In this document: piece after piece, positions 24,037-36,482 of the stretch | Position numbering within the stretch: the stretch's first letter is position 1 | Layout of the letters: each line of letters opens with the position of its first letter | Assembly (NCBI RefSeq): GCF_003334815.1 | Contig: NZ_QOWO01000014.1 | DNA from: Escherichia coli | GTDB taxonomy: Bacteria > Pseudomonadota > Gammaproteobacteria > Enterobacterales > Enterobacteriaceae | Length of the DNA: 64,000 bases | Direction: 5' to 3' (one strand) | The notes under the pieces: generated by a model | What the model was told of the DNA's origin: nothing | Seen by the model: only the letters and a program-made list of their open reading frames with translations | Databases searched by the model: none | Made by a program: the position numbers and the translations under genes

Positions 24037-25242
24037 ATGAACGTTTTTAATCCCGCGCAGTTTCGCGCCCAGTTTCCCGCACTACAGGATGCGGGCGTCT
24101 ATCTCGACAGCGCCGCGACCGCGCTTAAACCTGAAGCCGTGGTTGAAGCCACCCAACAGTTTTACAGTCTGAGCGCCGGAAACGTCCATCGCAGCCAGTT
24201 TGCCGAAGCCCAACGCCTGACCGCGCGTTATGAAGCTGCACGAGAGAAAGTGGCGCAATTACTGAATGCACCGGATGATAAAACTATCGTCTGGACGCGC
24301 GGCACCACTGAATCCATCAACATGGTGGCACAATGCTATGCGCGTCCGCGTCTGCAACCGGGCGATGAGATTATTGTCAGCGTGGCAGAACACCACGCCA
24401 ACCTCGTCCCCTGGCTGATGGTCGCCCAACAAACTGGAGCCAAAGTGGTGAAATTGCCGCTTAATGCGCAGCGACTGCCGGATGTCGATTTGTTGCCAGA
24501 ACTGATTACTCCCCGTAGTCGGATTCTGGCGTTGGGTCAGATGTCGAACGTTACTGGCGGTTGCCCGGATCTGGCGCGAGCGATTACCTTTGCTCATTCA
24601 GCCGGGATGGTGGTGATGGTTGATGGTGCTCAGGGGGCAGTGCATTTCCCCGCGGATGTTCAGCAACTGGATATTGATTTCTATGCTTTTTCAGGTCACA
24701 AACTGTATGGCCCGACAGGTATCGGCGTGCTGTATGGTAAATCAGAACTGCTGGAGGCGATGTCGCCCTGGCTGGGCGGCGGCAAAATGGTTCACGAAGT
24801 GAGTTTTGACGGCTTCACGACTCAATCTGCGCCGTGGAAACTGGAAGCTGGAACGCCAAATGTCGCTGGTGTCATAGGATTAAGCGCGGCGCTGGAATGG
24901 CTGGCAGATTACGATATCAACCAGGCCGAAAGCTGGAGCCGTAGCTTAGCAACGCTGGCGGAAGATGCGCTGGCGAAACGTCCCGGCTTTCGTTCATTCC
25001 GCTGCCAGGATTCCAGCCTGCTGGCCTTTGATTTTGCTGGCGTTCATCATAGCGATATGGTGACGCTGCTGGCGGAGTACGGTATTGCCCTGCGGGCCGG
25101 GCAGCATTGCGCTCAGCCGCTACTGGCAGAATTAGGCGTAACCGGCACACTGCGCGCCTCTTTTGCGCCATATAATACAAAGAGTGATGTGGATGCGCTG
25201 GTGAATGCCGTTGACCGCGCGCTGGAATTATTGGTGGATTAA
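24037..25242 (+). CDS. csdA: Cysteine desulfurase / sulfinate desulfinase (class V aminotransferase)
   Basis: [32 protein letters not shown]...; GAGGAG SD before ATG 24037; the ORF track start at 24001 is an upstream extension. Confidence 0.88.
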
Positions 25243-25685
25243 TGACAAACCCGCAATTCGCCGGACATCCGTTCGGCACAACCGTAACCGCAGAAACGTT
25301 ACGCAATACCTTCGCACCGTTGACGCAATGGGAAGATAAATATCGCCAGTTGATCATGCTGGGGAAACAGCTTCCGGCATTGCCAGACGAGTTAAAAGCG
25401 CAGGCTAAAGAGATTGCCGGATGCGAAAACCGCGTCTGGCTGGGATATACAGTGGCTGAAAACGGCAAAATGCATTTCTTTGGCGACAGCGAAGGGCGCA
25501 TTGTGCGCGGCCTGCTGGCGGTGTTGTTGACTGCCGTTGAGGGGAAAACCGCCGCCGAGTTGCAGGCACAGTCACCACTGGCATTGTTTGATGAGCTGGG
25601 ATTACGTGCGCAGCTTAGCGCCTCACGCAGCCAGGGGTTAAATGCGTTAAGCGAGGCGATTATCGCTGCGACGAAGCAGGTTTAA
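25242..25685 (+). CDS. csdE: Sulfur-acceptor protein (SufE-like)
   Basis: 147-aa ORF overlapping csdA stop; SufE-family sequence with conserved cysteine motif AGCENRVW. Confidence 0.88.
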
Positions 25686-25735
25686 GCACAGAACCGGGTC
25701 GGATAAGACGTTCGCGTCTCATCCGACCTGATTGT

Positions 25736-26542
25736 TTAACCCTGACGCGCCGCTTTCGCCATCATCTTCTTCAGCGCATGAGAAACCGCAACAAACCCAA
25801 AGGTGGCGGTCACCATCGTTGCCGCGCCAAATCCAGATGCACAATCCATCCGCTTCGGCCCTTCTGCCGTGGCTTTCATCGCACACACCGTACCGTCTGA
25901 CTGCGGGTACACCAGCGCTTCAGTAGAAAACACGCAATCCACGCCGAGCTTACCTTTACTGTTTTTCACTACGCCAAAATCGCTTTTCAGGCGCTCGCGC
26001 AACTTCGCCGCCAGCGGGTCCTGAATCGTTTTCGCCAGATCGGTAACCTGAATCTGCGTCGGATCAATCTGCCCACCCGCGCCACCGGTTGTGACCAGTG
26101 GGATTTTATTGCGCCGACAATAAGCAATCAGCGCCGCTTTGGGCCGTACACTATCAATGGCATCAATCACGTACGAATAACCCACGCTCATATACTGCGC
26201 TACGTTATCCGGCGTCACGAAATCATCCACCACCGTTACACGGCACTCCGGGTTAATCTGGCGAATACGCTCCGCCATAACTTCCGCTTTTGCCAGCCCA
26301 ACGTTATCGCGCAGGGCATGAATTTGCCGATTGGTATTGGTGACGCACACATCATCCATATCGATAAGCGTGATTGCGCCAATCCCCGTGCGCGCCAGCG
26401 CTTCCGCCGCCCAGGAACCGACACCACCGATACCAACCACACAAATATGCGCGTCAGCAAACAGTTGCAACGCTTTTTCACCATACAGACGCGCTGTGCC
26501 ACCAAAACGCTGACGCCATGCATCACTAATTACCACAGACAT
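25736..26542 (-). CDS. tcdA: tRNA threonylcarbamoyladenosine dehydratase (ThiF/MoeB-like E1 fold)
   Basis: 268-aa ORF with nucleotide-binding motif VVGIGGVGSW. Confidence 0.88.
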   Translation of the reverse strand: MSVVISDAWRQRFGGTARLYGEKALQLFADAHICVVGIGGVGSWAAEALARTGIGAITLIDMDDVCVTNTNRQIHALRDNVGLAKAEVMAERIRQINPECRVTVVDDFVTPDNVAQYMSVGYSYVIDAIDSVRPKAALIAYCRRNKIPLVTTGGAGGQIDPTQIQVTDLAKTIQDPLAAKLRERLKSDFGVVKNSKGKLGVDCVFSTEALVYPQSDGTVCAMKATAEGPKRMDCASGFGAATMVTATFGFVAVSHALKKMMAKAARQG

Positions 26543-26595
26543 AGCACCTCAGAATTAAAAAGGGCGAGGTTATCCCTCACCCTAAACGCATAAAT

Positions 26596-26693
26596 GCCTG
26601 ATGCGCTACGCTTATCAGGCCTACATAACTCCTGCAATATTTTGGATTTGCATGATTTGTAGGCCGGATAAGGCGTTCACGCCGCATCCGGCA
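26596..26693. repeat. Pair of REP elements (BIME-like) in the tcdA-mltA gap
   Basis: gcctgatgcgctacgcttatcaggcctac (26596..26624) and gtaggccggataaggcgttcacgccgcatccggca (26659..26693), classic REP palindromes in opposite orientation. Confidence 0.7.
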
Positions 26694-26780
26694 TGAACAA
26701 CGCGCACTTAGTCAATAATCAGGATGTGAGGTTACCCCTCACCCTGTCATATCCGTAAAAACGGCATACAGAATATCACA

Positions 26781-27878
26781 TCAGCCGCTAAAGACGTTAC
26801 CTGCGCCCGGGGCGGTTTTCAGCACCCAGACACGTCCATAGTGGTTGTACCAACCTGCGCGGTGTCCGGCTTCCGGCCCGATCCCTTGATAGATATCGAA
26901 GTGTTGGCCTTTGATTGCACCACCGACATCCAGCGCCACCATCAGACGCAGTTCGTACTGACCATTAAATTTGCCGTTATTATCCAGCAACGGCACTTCT
27001 GCCAGCAAGGTAGTACCTGGCGGAATAATGGAACGATCAGAGGCAACTGACGCGCGACCAACCAGCGGCACCGCACTTGCCCCTTTCACCGGAGCAAAAG
27101 ATTGCGGTTTAAAGAAGACGAAAGACGGGTTCTGTTCCAGCAGCTCGCGAACCTCGGCTTCACTGTGTGTTTCGCCCCAGTGACGAATCGCCTGCATCGA
27201 CATATCTTCTTTTTTCACTTCGCCACGGTCGATCAGCACCTTACCAATGCTGCGATAGGCATGACCGTTTTTCCCTGCATAGCTGAAAAAGTTAAGCGGA
27301 CTGCCATCACCAAAGTCGATATACCCACTACCCTGCACATCCATAATGAAGTTATCCATCAGGGAGTTACTGTAAGCGAGAATATATTTATCACTCAATG
27401 CCCCCGCGTAGATCTCCGCACGAGACGGCAGACGACCACGTTTTGGCGGCATACGGTAAATAGGATACTGGAACTCGCCCTGGCGGGTATGGCGCGCCTG
27501 AATTACCGGCGTGTAATAACCGGTAAACTGCACGTTACCATAGTTGTCGGCACCTTCCATCTGCCAGGCATCAATGCCGAACTGGCGCATATTGCGGGTA
27601 TCACCGCCTGCGCGCAGCCACTCTTGCACCGCGTTATAAACATTACTCTGGTTGCCATACAGACGCGGTGACGAATTACGGATATGGTTAATTTGCTCGG
27701 CAAAATCACCGGCGTTAATCGGCGCGCCAACGGCATCTGGCTGGTTCACCAGAGAGAAAGGCTGGGTAAATTTCCCGTCTTTATATTGCTGTCCGCGATC
27801 GGTTGGTTTGGAAGAGCAGGCGGCAAGCATTGCCACAACCGTGCCCATAAGAAGGTACTTTACCCAACGTCCTTTCAT
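26781..27878 (-). CDS. mltA: Membrane-bound lytic murein transglycosylase A (lipoprotein)
   Basis: Product starts MKGRWVKYLLMGTVVAMLAACSS (lipobox) at ATG 27878; the ORF track 433-aa version is a spurious 68-codon upstream extension. Confidence 0.87.
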   Translation of the reverse strand: MKGRWVKYLLMGTVVAMLAACSSKPTDRGQQYKDGKFTQPFSLVNQPDAVGAPINAGDFAEQINHIRNSSPRLYGNQSNVYNAVQEWLRAGGDTRNMRQFGIDAWQMEGADNYGNVQFTGYYTPVIQARHTRQGEFQYPIYRMPPKRGRLPSRAEIYAGALSDKYILAYSNSLMDNFIMDVQGSGYIDFGDGSPLNFFSYAGKNGHAYRSIGKVLIDRGEVKKEDMSMQAIRHWGETHSEAEVRELLEQNPSFVFFKPQSFAPVKGASAVPLVGRASVASDRSIIPPGTTLLAEVPLLDNNGKFNGQYELRLMVALDVGGAIKGQHFDIYQGIGPEAGHRAGWYNHYGRVWVLKTAPGAGNVFSG

Positions 27879-28044
27879 TGTTCTCTTCTTCAGGTTAAAA
27901 AATAAGGCGCAACGAAGATAACAAACCGCCGCGTTTAATGAAATGAGCAGCCTCTCCCTGACGCAAATTTTGCACAAAAAATAGGCTTTAGTGATTTGTT
28001 TTTGTTCAAAATCATGCCAAATCCGTGATCGGGGTAAAAAAAGG

Positions 28045-28072
28045 TTGCATGAAAACGCGAGCGGAGTATAGT
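28045..28072 (+). promoter_or_regulatory. Sigma70-type promoter for the initiator tRNA gene
   Basis: TTGCAT (28045..28050), 16-bp spacer, TATAGT (28067..28072), then GC-rich discriminator GCGC and an upstream A-tract; tRNA begins about 14 nt downstream. Confidence 0.5.
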
Positions 28073-28085
28073 GCGCATCCACGGA

Positions 28086-28162
<77 letters not shown>

Positions 28163-28170
28163 ATTATTGA

Positions 28171-28192
28171 ACACCCTAACGGGTGTTTTTTT
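28171..28192 (+). terminator. Rho-independent terminator after tRNA-fMet
   Basis: acaccc-taac-gggtgt hairpin followed by TTTTTTT. Confidence 0.65.
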
Positions 28193-28235
28193 GTTTCTGG
28201 TCTCCCATAAAAAAGCGCCATTCAGCGCCTTTTTA

Positions 28236-29489
28236 TCATCCCCTTCTCGCCAGCGTCGCCCCATCGGCAAAATACGCTTTAATCCCCGCAAGAATAGACT
28301 CCGCAACTTCCTGCTGGAAAGTCGCCGTTTTCAGTTTACGCTCTTCCTCAACGTTACTGATAAACGCCGTTTCGACCAGAATGGAGGGAATATCTGGTGC
28401 CTTTAGTACGGCAAACCCGGCCTGTTCAACTTGATTTTTATGCAGCTTGTTGATTTTACCGAGCTTATTCAGTACCGCTTTACCAAACTTCAGGCTGTCG
28501 GCAATGGTCAGCGACTGTACCATATCGAACATGGTGTGGTCGACATAGCGGTCACCGCTTTTGCTCACGCCACCAATCAAGTCCGAGGCGTTCTGGGTTT
28601 GTGCCAGATATTTTGCCGCAGTACTGGTTGCACCTTTGGTTGAGAGCGCAAACACAGAGGAACCGCTCGGCTGACGACTGGTAAAGGCGTCGGCATGGAT
28701 AGAGACAAACAGGTCAGCACGCTGTTTCTGGGCTTTTGCTACGCGCACTTGCAATGGAATGAAGATGTCTTCATTGCGCGTCATGTACACCTTCATATTG
28801 CCCTCTTTCTCGATCAGAGAGCGCAAACGGCGAGCTATTTGCAATACCACATCTTTTTCGCGCGTTTTGTATTTCCCCACCGCACCGGAGTCTTCGCCAC
28901 CGTGGCCAGGGTCAAGCATAATGACAATCGGACGATCGCGCCCTGCTTTACCCGGTTGTGGACCACTTTGCGCTGGCGGCACCTGCTTTTCGAGGTCGCC
29001 TTTGTTGTAATCCTCCAGCAGCGCCAGCAGCGGGTCCTGCATATCCTGTGCATTGGCCGGATAGAGGTCCATCACCAGACGTTCTTTAAACCCGGCGACC
29101 GGCGCAAGGGCAAACAGCTGCGGTTTTACGTTTTGCTTTAATTCAAAAACCATCCGTACGGTTTGCGGGTCAAATTGCCCGACGCGCGCCGACTTGATGA
29201 ACGGGTCGTCTGCACGAATTTGTGCCGCCATCCCCTTGAGTACCGAGTTCAGGTTTACATCTTCGATATCCACCACCACGCGTTCAGGGTTACTCAACGC
29301 GAACTGCTTATATTTCAGCTGACGATTTGATTCCACCGTCACGCGGGTGTAGCTGGACGCAGGCCAGACGCGCACCGCCACGACCTGGCTGACCGCAGCC
29401 AGACTGACCTGACTTACGCTCAATAGCCACATGGCACCCGCGCCTTGCAGTAAACGACGACGGCTGATTGCAGTGTTGGATCCTGACAT
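28236..29489 (-). CDS. amiC: N-acetylmuramoyl-L-alanine amidase (Tat-exported)
   Basis: Product starts [23 protein letters not shown] (twin-arginine signal) at ATG 29489 with GGGAGAGG SD; the ORF track start at 29579 is an upstream extension. Confidence 0.87.
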
Positions 29490-29720
29490 GCCTCTCCCGA
29501 GCAAAAGAAATCTAAGCTGTGTAACAAGTAAACGACTAATTTGACCGGAAACTTTAGCGAAAGACGCATAATCTGTCATCTAATAAACGGTAAACATTCT
29601 TTTTATATTCACGGCATTACTGATAAAAAAGTCGCTCTCGCATAAAATTTACACTTGCACCCTGCGAAAAAACAGAATAAAAATACACTAATTTCGAATA
29701 ATCATGCAAAGAGGTGTGCC

Positions 29721-31052
29721 GTGGTAAAGGAACGTAAAACCGAGTTGGTCGAGGGATTCCGCCATTCGGTTCCCTATATCAATACCCACCGGGGAAAAAC
29801 GTTTGTCATCATGCTCGGCGGTGAAGCCATTGAGCATGAGAATTTCTCCAGTATCGTTAATGATATCGGGTTGTTGCACAGCCTCGGCATCCGTCTGGTG
29901 GTGGTCTATGGCGCACGTCCGCAGATCGACGCAAATCTGGCTACGCATCACCACGAACCGCTGTATCACAAGAATATACGTGTGACCGACGCCAAAACAC
30001 TGGAACTGGTGAAGCAGGCTGCGGGAACATTGCAACTGGATATTACTGCTCGCCTGTCGATGAGTCTCAATAACACGCCGCTGCAGGGCGCGCATATCAA
30101 CGTCGTCAGTGGCAATTTTATTATTGCCCAGCCGCTGGGCGTCGATGACGGCGTGGATTACTGCCATAGCGGGCGTATCCGGCGGATTGATGAAGACGCG
30201 ATCCATCGTCAACTGGACAGCGGTGCAATAGTGCTAATGGGGCCGGTCGCTGTTTCAGTCACTGGCGAGAGCTTTAACCTGACCTCGGAAGAGATTGCCA
30301 CTCAACTGGCCATCAAACTGAAAGCTGAAAAGATGATTGGTTTTTGCTCTTCCCAGGGCGTCACTAATGACGACGGTGATATTGTCTCCGAACTTTTCCC
30401 TAACGAAGCGCAAGCGCGGGTAGAAGCCCAGGAAGAGAAAGGCGATTACAACTCCGGTACGGTGCGCTTTTTGCGTGGCGCAGTGAAAGCCTGCCGCAGC
30501 GGCGTGCGTCGCTGTCATTTAATCAGTTATCAGGAAGATGGCGCGCTGTTGCAAGAGTTGTTCTCACGCGACGGTATCGGTACGCAGATTGTGATGGAAA
30601 GCGCCGAGCAGATTCGTCGCGCAACAATCAACGATATTGGCGGTATTCTGGAGTTGATTCGCCCACTGGAGCAGCAAGGTATTCTGGTACGCCGTTCTCG
30701 CGAGCAGCTGGAGATGGAAATCGACAAATTCACCATTATTCAGCGCGATAACACGACTATTGCCTGCGCCGCGCTCTATCCGTTCCCGGAAGAGAAGATT
30801 GGGGAAATGGCCTGTGTGGCAGTTCACCCGGATTACCGCAGTTCATCAAGGGGTGAAGTTCTGCTGGAACGCATTGCCGCTCAGGCGAAGCAGAGCGGCT
30901 TAAGCAAATTGTTTGTGCTGACCACGCGCAGTATTCACTGGTTCCAGGAACGTGGATTTACCCCAGTGGATATTGATTTACTGCCCGAGAGCAAAAAGCA
31001 GTTGTACAACTACCAGCGTAAATCCAAAGTGTTGATGGCGGATTTAGGGTAA
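29721..31052 (+). CDS. argA: N-acetylglutamate synthase (amino-acid kinase plus GNAT domains)
   Basis: Starts at GTG 29721 ([34 protein letters not shown]) with AAGAGG SD; the ORF track start at 29655 is an extension. Confidence 0.87.
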   Translation: MVKERKTELVEGFRHSVPYINTHRGKTFVIMLGGEAIEHENFSSIVNDIGLLHSLGIRLVVVYGARPQIDANLATHHHEPLYHKNIRVTDAKTLELVKQAAGTLQLDITARLSMSLNNTPLQGAHINVVSGNFIIAQPLGVDDGVDYCHSGRIRRIDEDAIHRQLDSGAIVLMGPVAVSVTGESFNLTSEEIATQLAIKLKAEKMIGFCSSQGVTNDDGDIVSELFPNEAQARVEAQEEKGDYNSGTVRFLRGAVKACRSGVRRCHLISYQEDGALLQELFSRDGIGTQIVMESAEQIRRATINDIGGILELIRPLEQQGILVRRSREQLEMEIDKFTIIQRDNTTIACAALYPFPEEKIGEMACVAVHPDYRSSSRGEVLLERIAAQAKQSGLSKLFVLTTRSIHWFQERGFTPVDIDLLPESKKQLYNYQRKSKVLMADLG

Positions 31053-31062
31053 GCGATGAAAA

Positions 31063-31110
31063 TCGTCGGATGCGACATGCGTAACACTCGTACGTCGCAT
31101 CCGGCAATTA
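31063..31110. repeat. REP-like palindrome between convergent argA and recD
   Basis: gtcggatgcgacatgcg...cgtacgtcgcatccggc inverted repeat. Confidence 0.5.
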
Positions 31111-31113
31111 CGT

Positions 31114-32940
31114 TTATTCCCGTGAACTAAACAACGCCGCCAGACCACTGCGCCGCTCAGTACGAGTGGCGATTGCCGCACTTAATATGCGCTCATCGGC
31201 ATACAGCGACAGACGGCGACGCGCGCGGGTCACCGCGGTATAAACCAGCTCTCGCGTTACTACCGGCGTGCGTTGGCTCGGCAAAATCAACGCCGCATGG
31301 TCGAACTCCGATCCCTGCGATTTATGTACCGTCATCGCCCACGTAGTTTCGTGCTCTGGCAAGCGACTCGGTTGCACAGACTTAATATTGCCGTCCGGCA
31401 TCGCAAACCAGACGCGCGTCCCCTGCCCGCGATCCAGCGCAATACCGATATCGCCATTAAACAACCCAAGCGCGCTGTCATTACGGGCAATCATCACCGG
31501 TCGACCTTCGTACCAACGAGAGTGCGGATGACGATGAATTTTGCGCTTCTGTTGCATAAACTGCTCAATTCGCTCATTCAGTCCAGCCACGCCAAACGGC
31601 CCTTCCCGCAGGGCGCACAAAAGCTGGTACTCATTGAACGCCTGAATGATTAAATCCGGCTCGGCACGCGCTTGCAGCAGATCCAGATAACGTCCGTAAC
31701 CCGCAAGAGCTTCCTCAAGCATCGCAATATAATCTTCGCCGCTCTGTAAAAGCCGTTTTTCGATATCAGTAAAATCCTGCTGAAAAACGGTTTTCACTGC
31801 CGTTTTATCACCACGGTTGATCGCCGCAGCTAACTGACCAATGCCAGAATCGCTGCCGAAACGATAGCTTTTTTGCAGCAGGCAGAGACTGTCGCGCAAA
31901 GATGCCGCTTCTGTGCCGGTTCCTGCCGGAACGTGAGTCCCCGTCAGGCGGCTTAGCTGCCTGGCACGCTCGGCGGTAAAGCCCGCGTTGGCATAAGCGC
32001 AGATATCGCCCAGCACAGCCCCAGCCTCAACCGAGGCCAGTTGATCACGATCGCCGAGAAAGATCACTCGCGCATGATCGGGCAAGGCGTCGATCAGTCT
32101 CGACATCATAGGCAGATCGATCATTGACGCTTCATCTACCACCAGCACATCAAGATGCAGCGGGTTACCGGCATGATGACGTAAACGCTGGCTACCCGGC
32201 TGCGCGCCCAGCAATCGGTGCAAAGTGCTGGCATCTTCCGGAATGCGTTTCTTTTGTTCATCGGTCAGCGGTAACTGTCGCAAAGCCTTGCCGAGAGATT
32301 CGGTTAAGCGCGCGGCAGCTTTACCCGTTGGTGCAGCCAGACGGATACGGCAGCGTTCGCCGTCGGCCATTTGAATTAACGCTGCCAGCAACTTCGCTAC
32401 GGTGGTCGTTTTACCGGTGCCAGGGCCGCCGGAAATCACCGAGATCCGCCGCGTCAGCGCCACTGCCGCCGCAACTTTTTGCCAGTTAATTTCATCGCTT
32501 ACTGGAAAAAGTTTGTCCAGGGTTTGCGCCAGTAGAGCTTCATCAACCTCAATGGCATGATTCACTTCGTTGAAAAAGCGTGCCACTGTGCGCTCGTTAC
32601 ACCACATGCGATTCAAATAAAGACGATCGCCACAGAGGATCATCGGCGTGGGTTCATCTCCCCTGCTGACCGCTTGAGAAGCCAGCAAGCATTCTTCCCA
32701 ATTTTGTAGCTCACCGATTTCACTGACACAGGTCGCCAACAGCGGATGCGACGCCTCGTTATTTTCCAGTCGTGAAAGCGGCAAACAAACGTGTCCCTCT
32801 CCGGCATCATGACTTAACAGTGCCGCCGCGAGGGTGACGGCAGGATGTTCATCTCCCGCCACGGTCAGGGCAAATTGCACATCCAGCGGGCGTAGCTGTT
32901 TGTGCTCCACAGCTTCCAGTAATTGCTTTTGCAATTTCAT
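31114..32940 (-). CDS. recD: RecBCD enzyme subunit RecD (5'-3' helicase)
   Basis: 608-aa ORF; Walker [10 protein letters not shown]; start overlaps recB stop. Confidence 0.93.
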
Positions 32941-35900
32941 TACGCCTCCTCCAGGGTCATACCGGCAAACATCTCATCCATCAGGGCAATCAACCCGGCG
33001 TTGGGTCGGGTTGTGTAAATCCCCTGTTGCGGATGTTCTTTATCAACGCCACGCAGGAACAGATAAATAACGCCGCCAAAGTGGTGCTCATAGTCGTAAT
33101 CAGCAATGCGATGGCGCAGATAACGATGCAGCGCCAGGGTATAAAGCTGATATTGCAGATCATAGCGGTGTGCCTGCATTGCCGCTGCCATAGCCTGTTG
33201 GGTGTAAGCCGAACTGTCTTCACCCAACCAGTTGGATTTATAGTCGAGCAGGTAATAACGCCCTTCGTGGCGGAACACCAGGTCGATAAAGCCTTTTAAC
33301 ATGCCACGTACCTGCATGAACTCCAGCGGCGGGCAGCCTGCGGATAGCGGGTCAAACTGGCGGATTAACGTATCAAGCTGACTGGCGATAAGCGGTTCAC
33401 TAATCGGCAGATAAAACTCCATCTCCACCTGTTTATTGCGGGCGGAAAGTTGACTCAGGCTTACGCCGGTTTCATTGAGAGGTGCCTGGAGGACAGCCGT
33501 GATCCACTCGGTCAATACCGGTTCCCACTGCGATTCAAAGCCGCCGAGTTCCAGTTTTTCCCGCACCCAGTTCGGGTCAACCGGCTGGGTAAAATCCAGG
33601 TCTTCAAACAAACTGTGCAAGAACGTCCCCGGTGACGCACCGCGCGGAAACTGATGTGGTGTTAACGTCGGTTCTTCAACGACGCTGGCAACGCCTGCAG
33701 CATCGACATCCAGCCGAGGCATCAAATCCTGGGCGATACCGTGACCACGCTGTTGCAAACCAGAGTAGCTGGTGACGCGCCAGTTATCGCCGGGCAATCG
33801 TTGTAACGTCTTCGCATTCAGCTCTGCTGTAGAAACATCATTAACCTGCCAGGGTTGGTTATCACCAGTTTGTGCCGTTTGCCAGGCAATATCATCATCG
33901 CATAACGCTTCAATACAGGTGCGAAGCCCTGCCGCATCTTGCGGTTCCCCTTTTTGCAGCAAACGCCCGAGCGCACTTTGGTGGACGTCGGTGTCACCTT
34001 TTTTATCGCCACGACGGCGCACCAGCGGTGCAACGCCGAGACTGCAATGCCAAACCGAACGTGTCAGCGCCACGTAAAGCAAACGCAGATCTTCCGCCAG
34101 ACGTTCGGCCTCCGCGAGGTCGACGCTTTCTGGCGCAGCATTAAGATCCAGAACTGCCTCAAACGAGTGGCGATCGTGATAAAACGCCTGCTCCTGGACG
34201 CGGAAATTGGTGATAAACGGCAGCCAGACCAATGGATATTCCAGCCCTTTCGATTTGTGGATCGTGACAATCTGCACCAGATGTTTATCACTTTCGAGAC
34301 GCATTTGTTGGCTGGAGGCATTACTGTCTGGCTCGAGGATATGTTGCGATAACCAGCGTACCAGCGCATGTTCACTTTCCAGCTGCGTTCCGGCTTCTTG
34401 TAGCAGTTCGCTGATATGCAAGATATCGGTAAGACGCCGCTCACCGCCTGCCGTTGCCAGCAAGTTTTCAGCAATGTTACGCGCCGACATCAGCGCCCGC
34501 AGCATCGGCATAACGCCACGTTTGCGCCAGATTTGCCGATAACCATCGAACTCTTCGACTACCACATCCCACGCATGTTCGTCATTGTTCAGCGTTTCGA
34601 TATCCAGCGCGTTCAGCCCCATCATTGACGTTGCCAGCGCACTACGCAGGGTGTTCTCACGTTCGGGCGTCATCACCGCCTGCAACAACCAAAGCATTTC
34701 CTGCGCTTCCAGAGTTTCAAAAACACTGTCGCGGTTCGAAAGGTAAACGGAAGGGATTTCCAGCAACGTTAAGGCATCGCGCACCTGGGCGGCCTCCTGG
34801 CGGCTGCGCACCAGCACACTGATGTCCGAAGCACGCACCGGACGCGCGTCGTCGCCGTTCATCAGCAACGCTTCGCCCCGCTGTCCGGCTTGTAGCCAGT
34901 CGCGGATTTGCGCAGCACATACCTGCGCCATGGTACTTTGATAATCGCCAACGCCGCAGCTTTCGCCTTCCATCAGCCACATTTTCATCGCAGGCTGTGT
35001 TTCACCTTTAAATACAAAACGTAACGCCTGATTTTTCCCGGCTGATTTCACTGGAATAAACGGTATTTCGCGAAACATGAACGCGTCATCAGTCTGGCTG
35101 AAAAGCTTATTCACGCTGTTCACCATTCCTGGTGCGGAACGCCAGTTGGTGTCTAAAGTGTAGTGGGCGTGAACTTCGCTACGCGCCTTCATATAAGTGA
35201 AGATATCCGCACCCCGGAATGCATATATGGCCTGCTTCGGGTCGCCAATTAGCAACAATGCGGTTTCCGGCTGATGGTGCCAGATACGGCGAAAAATTCG
35301 GTACTGCTGGGGGTCGGTATCCTGAAATTCATCGATCATTGCCACCGGGAATCGCGTACGGATCGCCGCTGCCAACACCTCACCGCTTTCGCTACGCAGC
35401 GCGGAATCGAGCCGACTTAACATGTCATCAAAACCCAATTCGCCACGGCGGCGTTTTTCACGCGCTACTGTTTCGCGGATCTCAGCCAATGCGCGGGTGA
35501 TCACCAGATCGCGGATCGACAATGGTTCTGCAAGCAGTTGATCGATCGCCTCAAACAGTGGATGTCGCGGGGTTCCCCCCCCGGCCTTCGTGCGATCTTC
35601 TAAGAAACGCTGGGAGAATTTTTCCAGCGACTCCGGCAACTGATAACTGTTTGTCTCTTCTTCTGCCCAGGCGCTGATCTTGTCGATCCATTTAGCCTGA
35701 TTGCTACGGTTAAACTTGCGTCGATCAATACCAGAAGATTCGATCAGCGCATCCAGTTCACCCACTGCGTCGCGCCACTGCTGTTTTACCGTATCAATAC
35801 GCGCCACAATTTGCGCGTGACGGGAAGCCAGCGTTTCATCATCGGGCGGCGGTGCTTTGATAACCGGCGCTTCGCCTTGCAGATAACGATTAATATCGCG

Positions 35901-36482
35901 CAGCAACGCCTGCGGCCCTTTCCAGGTTTCAAAGACGACCTGGGCTATTTCACGCGGCAGCGGGTAGCAGTGGCGACGCCAGAAATCGGCGCAGGCCTGG
36001 TAGCGTAGCAGAGACTCATCTTCAATCAGCTGCTGCTCAAACAGCATGCCGGATTCAAAGGCATTCAGGTTGAGCATGCGCTGGCAAAAGCCGTGAATAG
36101 TAAAGACTGCCGCTTCATCCATCTGCCGTTCGGCTAACAACAACCACTGCGCGGCTTGCGCTTTATCGTCGATCTCTTCCAGCAGGCGTTCGTACAGTGG
36201 ATTGTCGGTGGTTTCACGCAGACAGGCGATGCGCAACTCGTGGATATTGCTACGGATACGACCGCGCAATTCTGCCGTGGCAGCCTCGGTAAAGGTGACC
36301 ACCAGCAGTTCTTCAACGGTCAGCGGGCGGGGAAAGGCGGCGGAACCGCCTAGTCCAAGTAACAGGCGCAAATAGAGCGCCGCAATCGTAAAGGTTTTGC
36401 CTGTGCCGGCAGAGGCTTCAATCAGGCGCTCACCCTGTAAGGGCAAGCGCAAAGGATCTAGTGTCTCGGCGACATCACTCAT
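32940..36482 (-). CDS. recB: RecBCD enzyme subunit RecB (3'-5' helicase / nuclease)
   Basis: [37 protein letters not shown] (UvrD-like Walker A); start ATG 36482 overlaps ptrA stop by 8 nt. Confidence 0.93.

Noticed and set aside
26781-28082. Long N-terminal extensions in the ORF track for mltA (433 aa), and likewise amiC, argA, csdA, xni, ppdB, ppdC, recB, ygeA, araE, fucK, fucR and gudX
   Set aside because: The longest-ORF starts run into upstream intergenic or neighbouring-gene sequence; internal starts with good Shine-Dalgarno sequences and recognisable signal peptides or N-termini were preferred
28201-28236. aaaaagcgccattcagcgccttttt looked like a bidirectional terminator after amiC
   Set aside because: The two GC blocks are direct rather than inverted repeats; only a 4-bp GCGC stem can form, so it is not a convincing terminator
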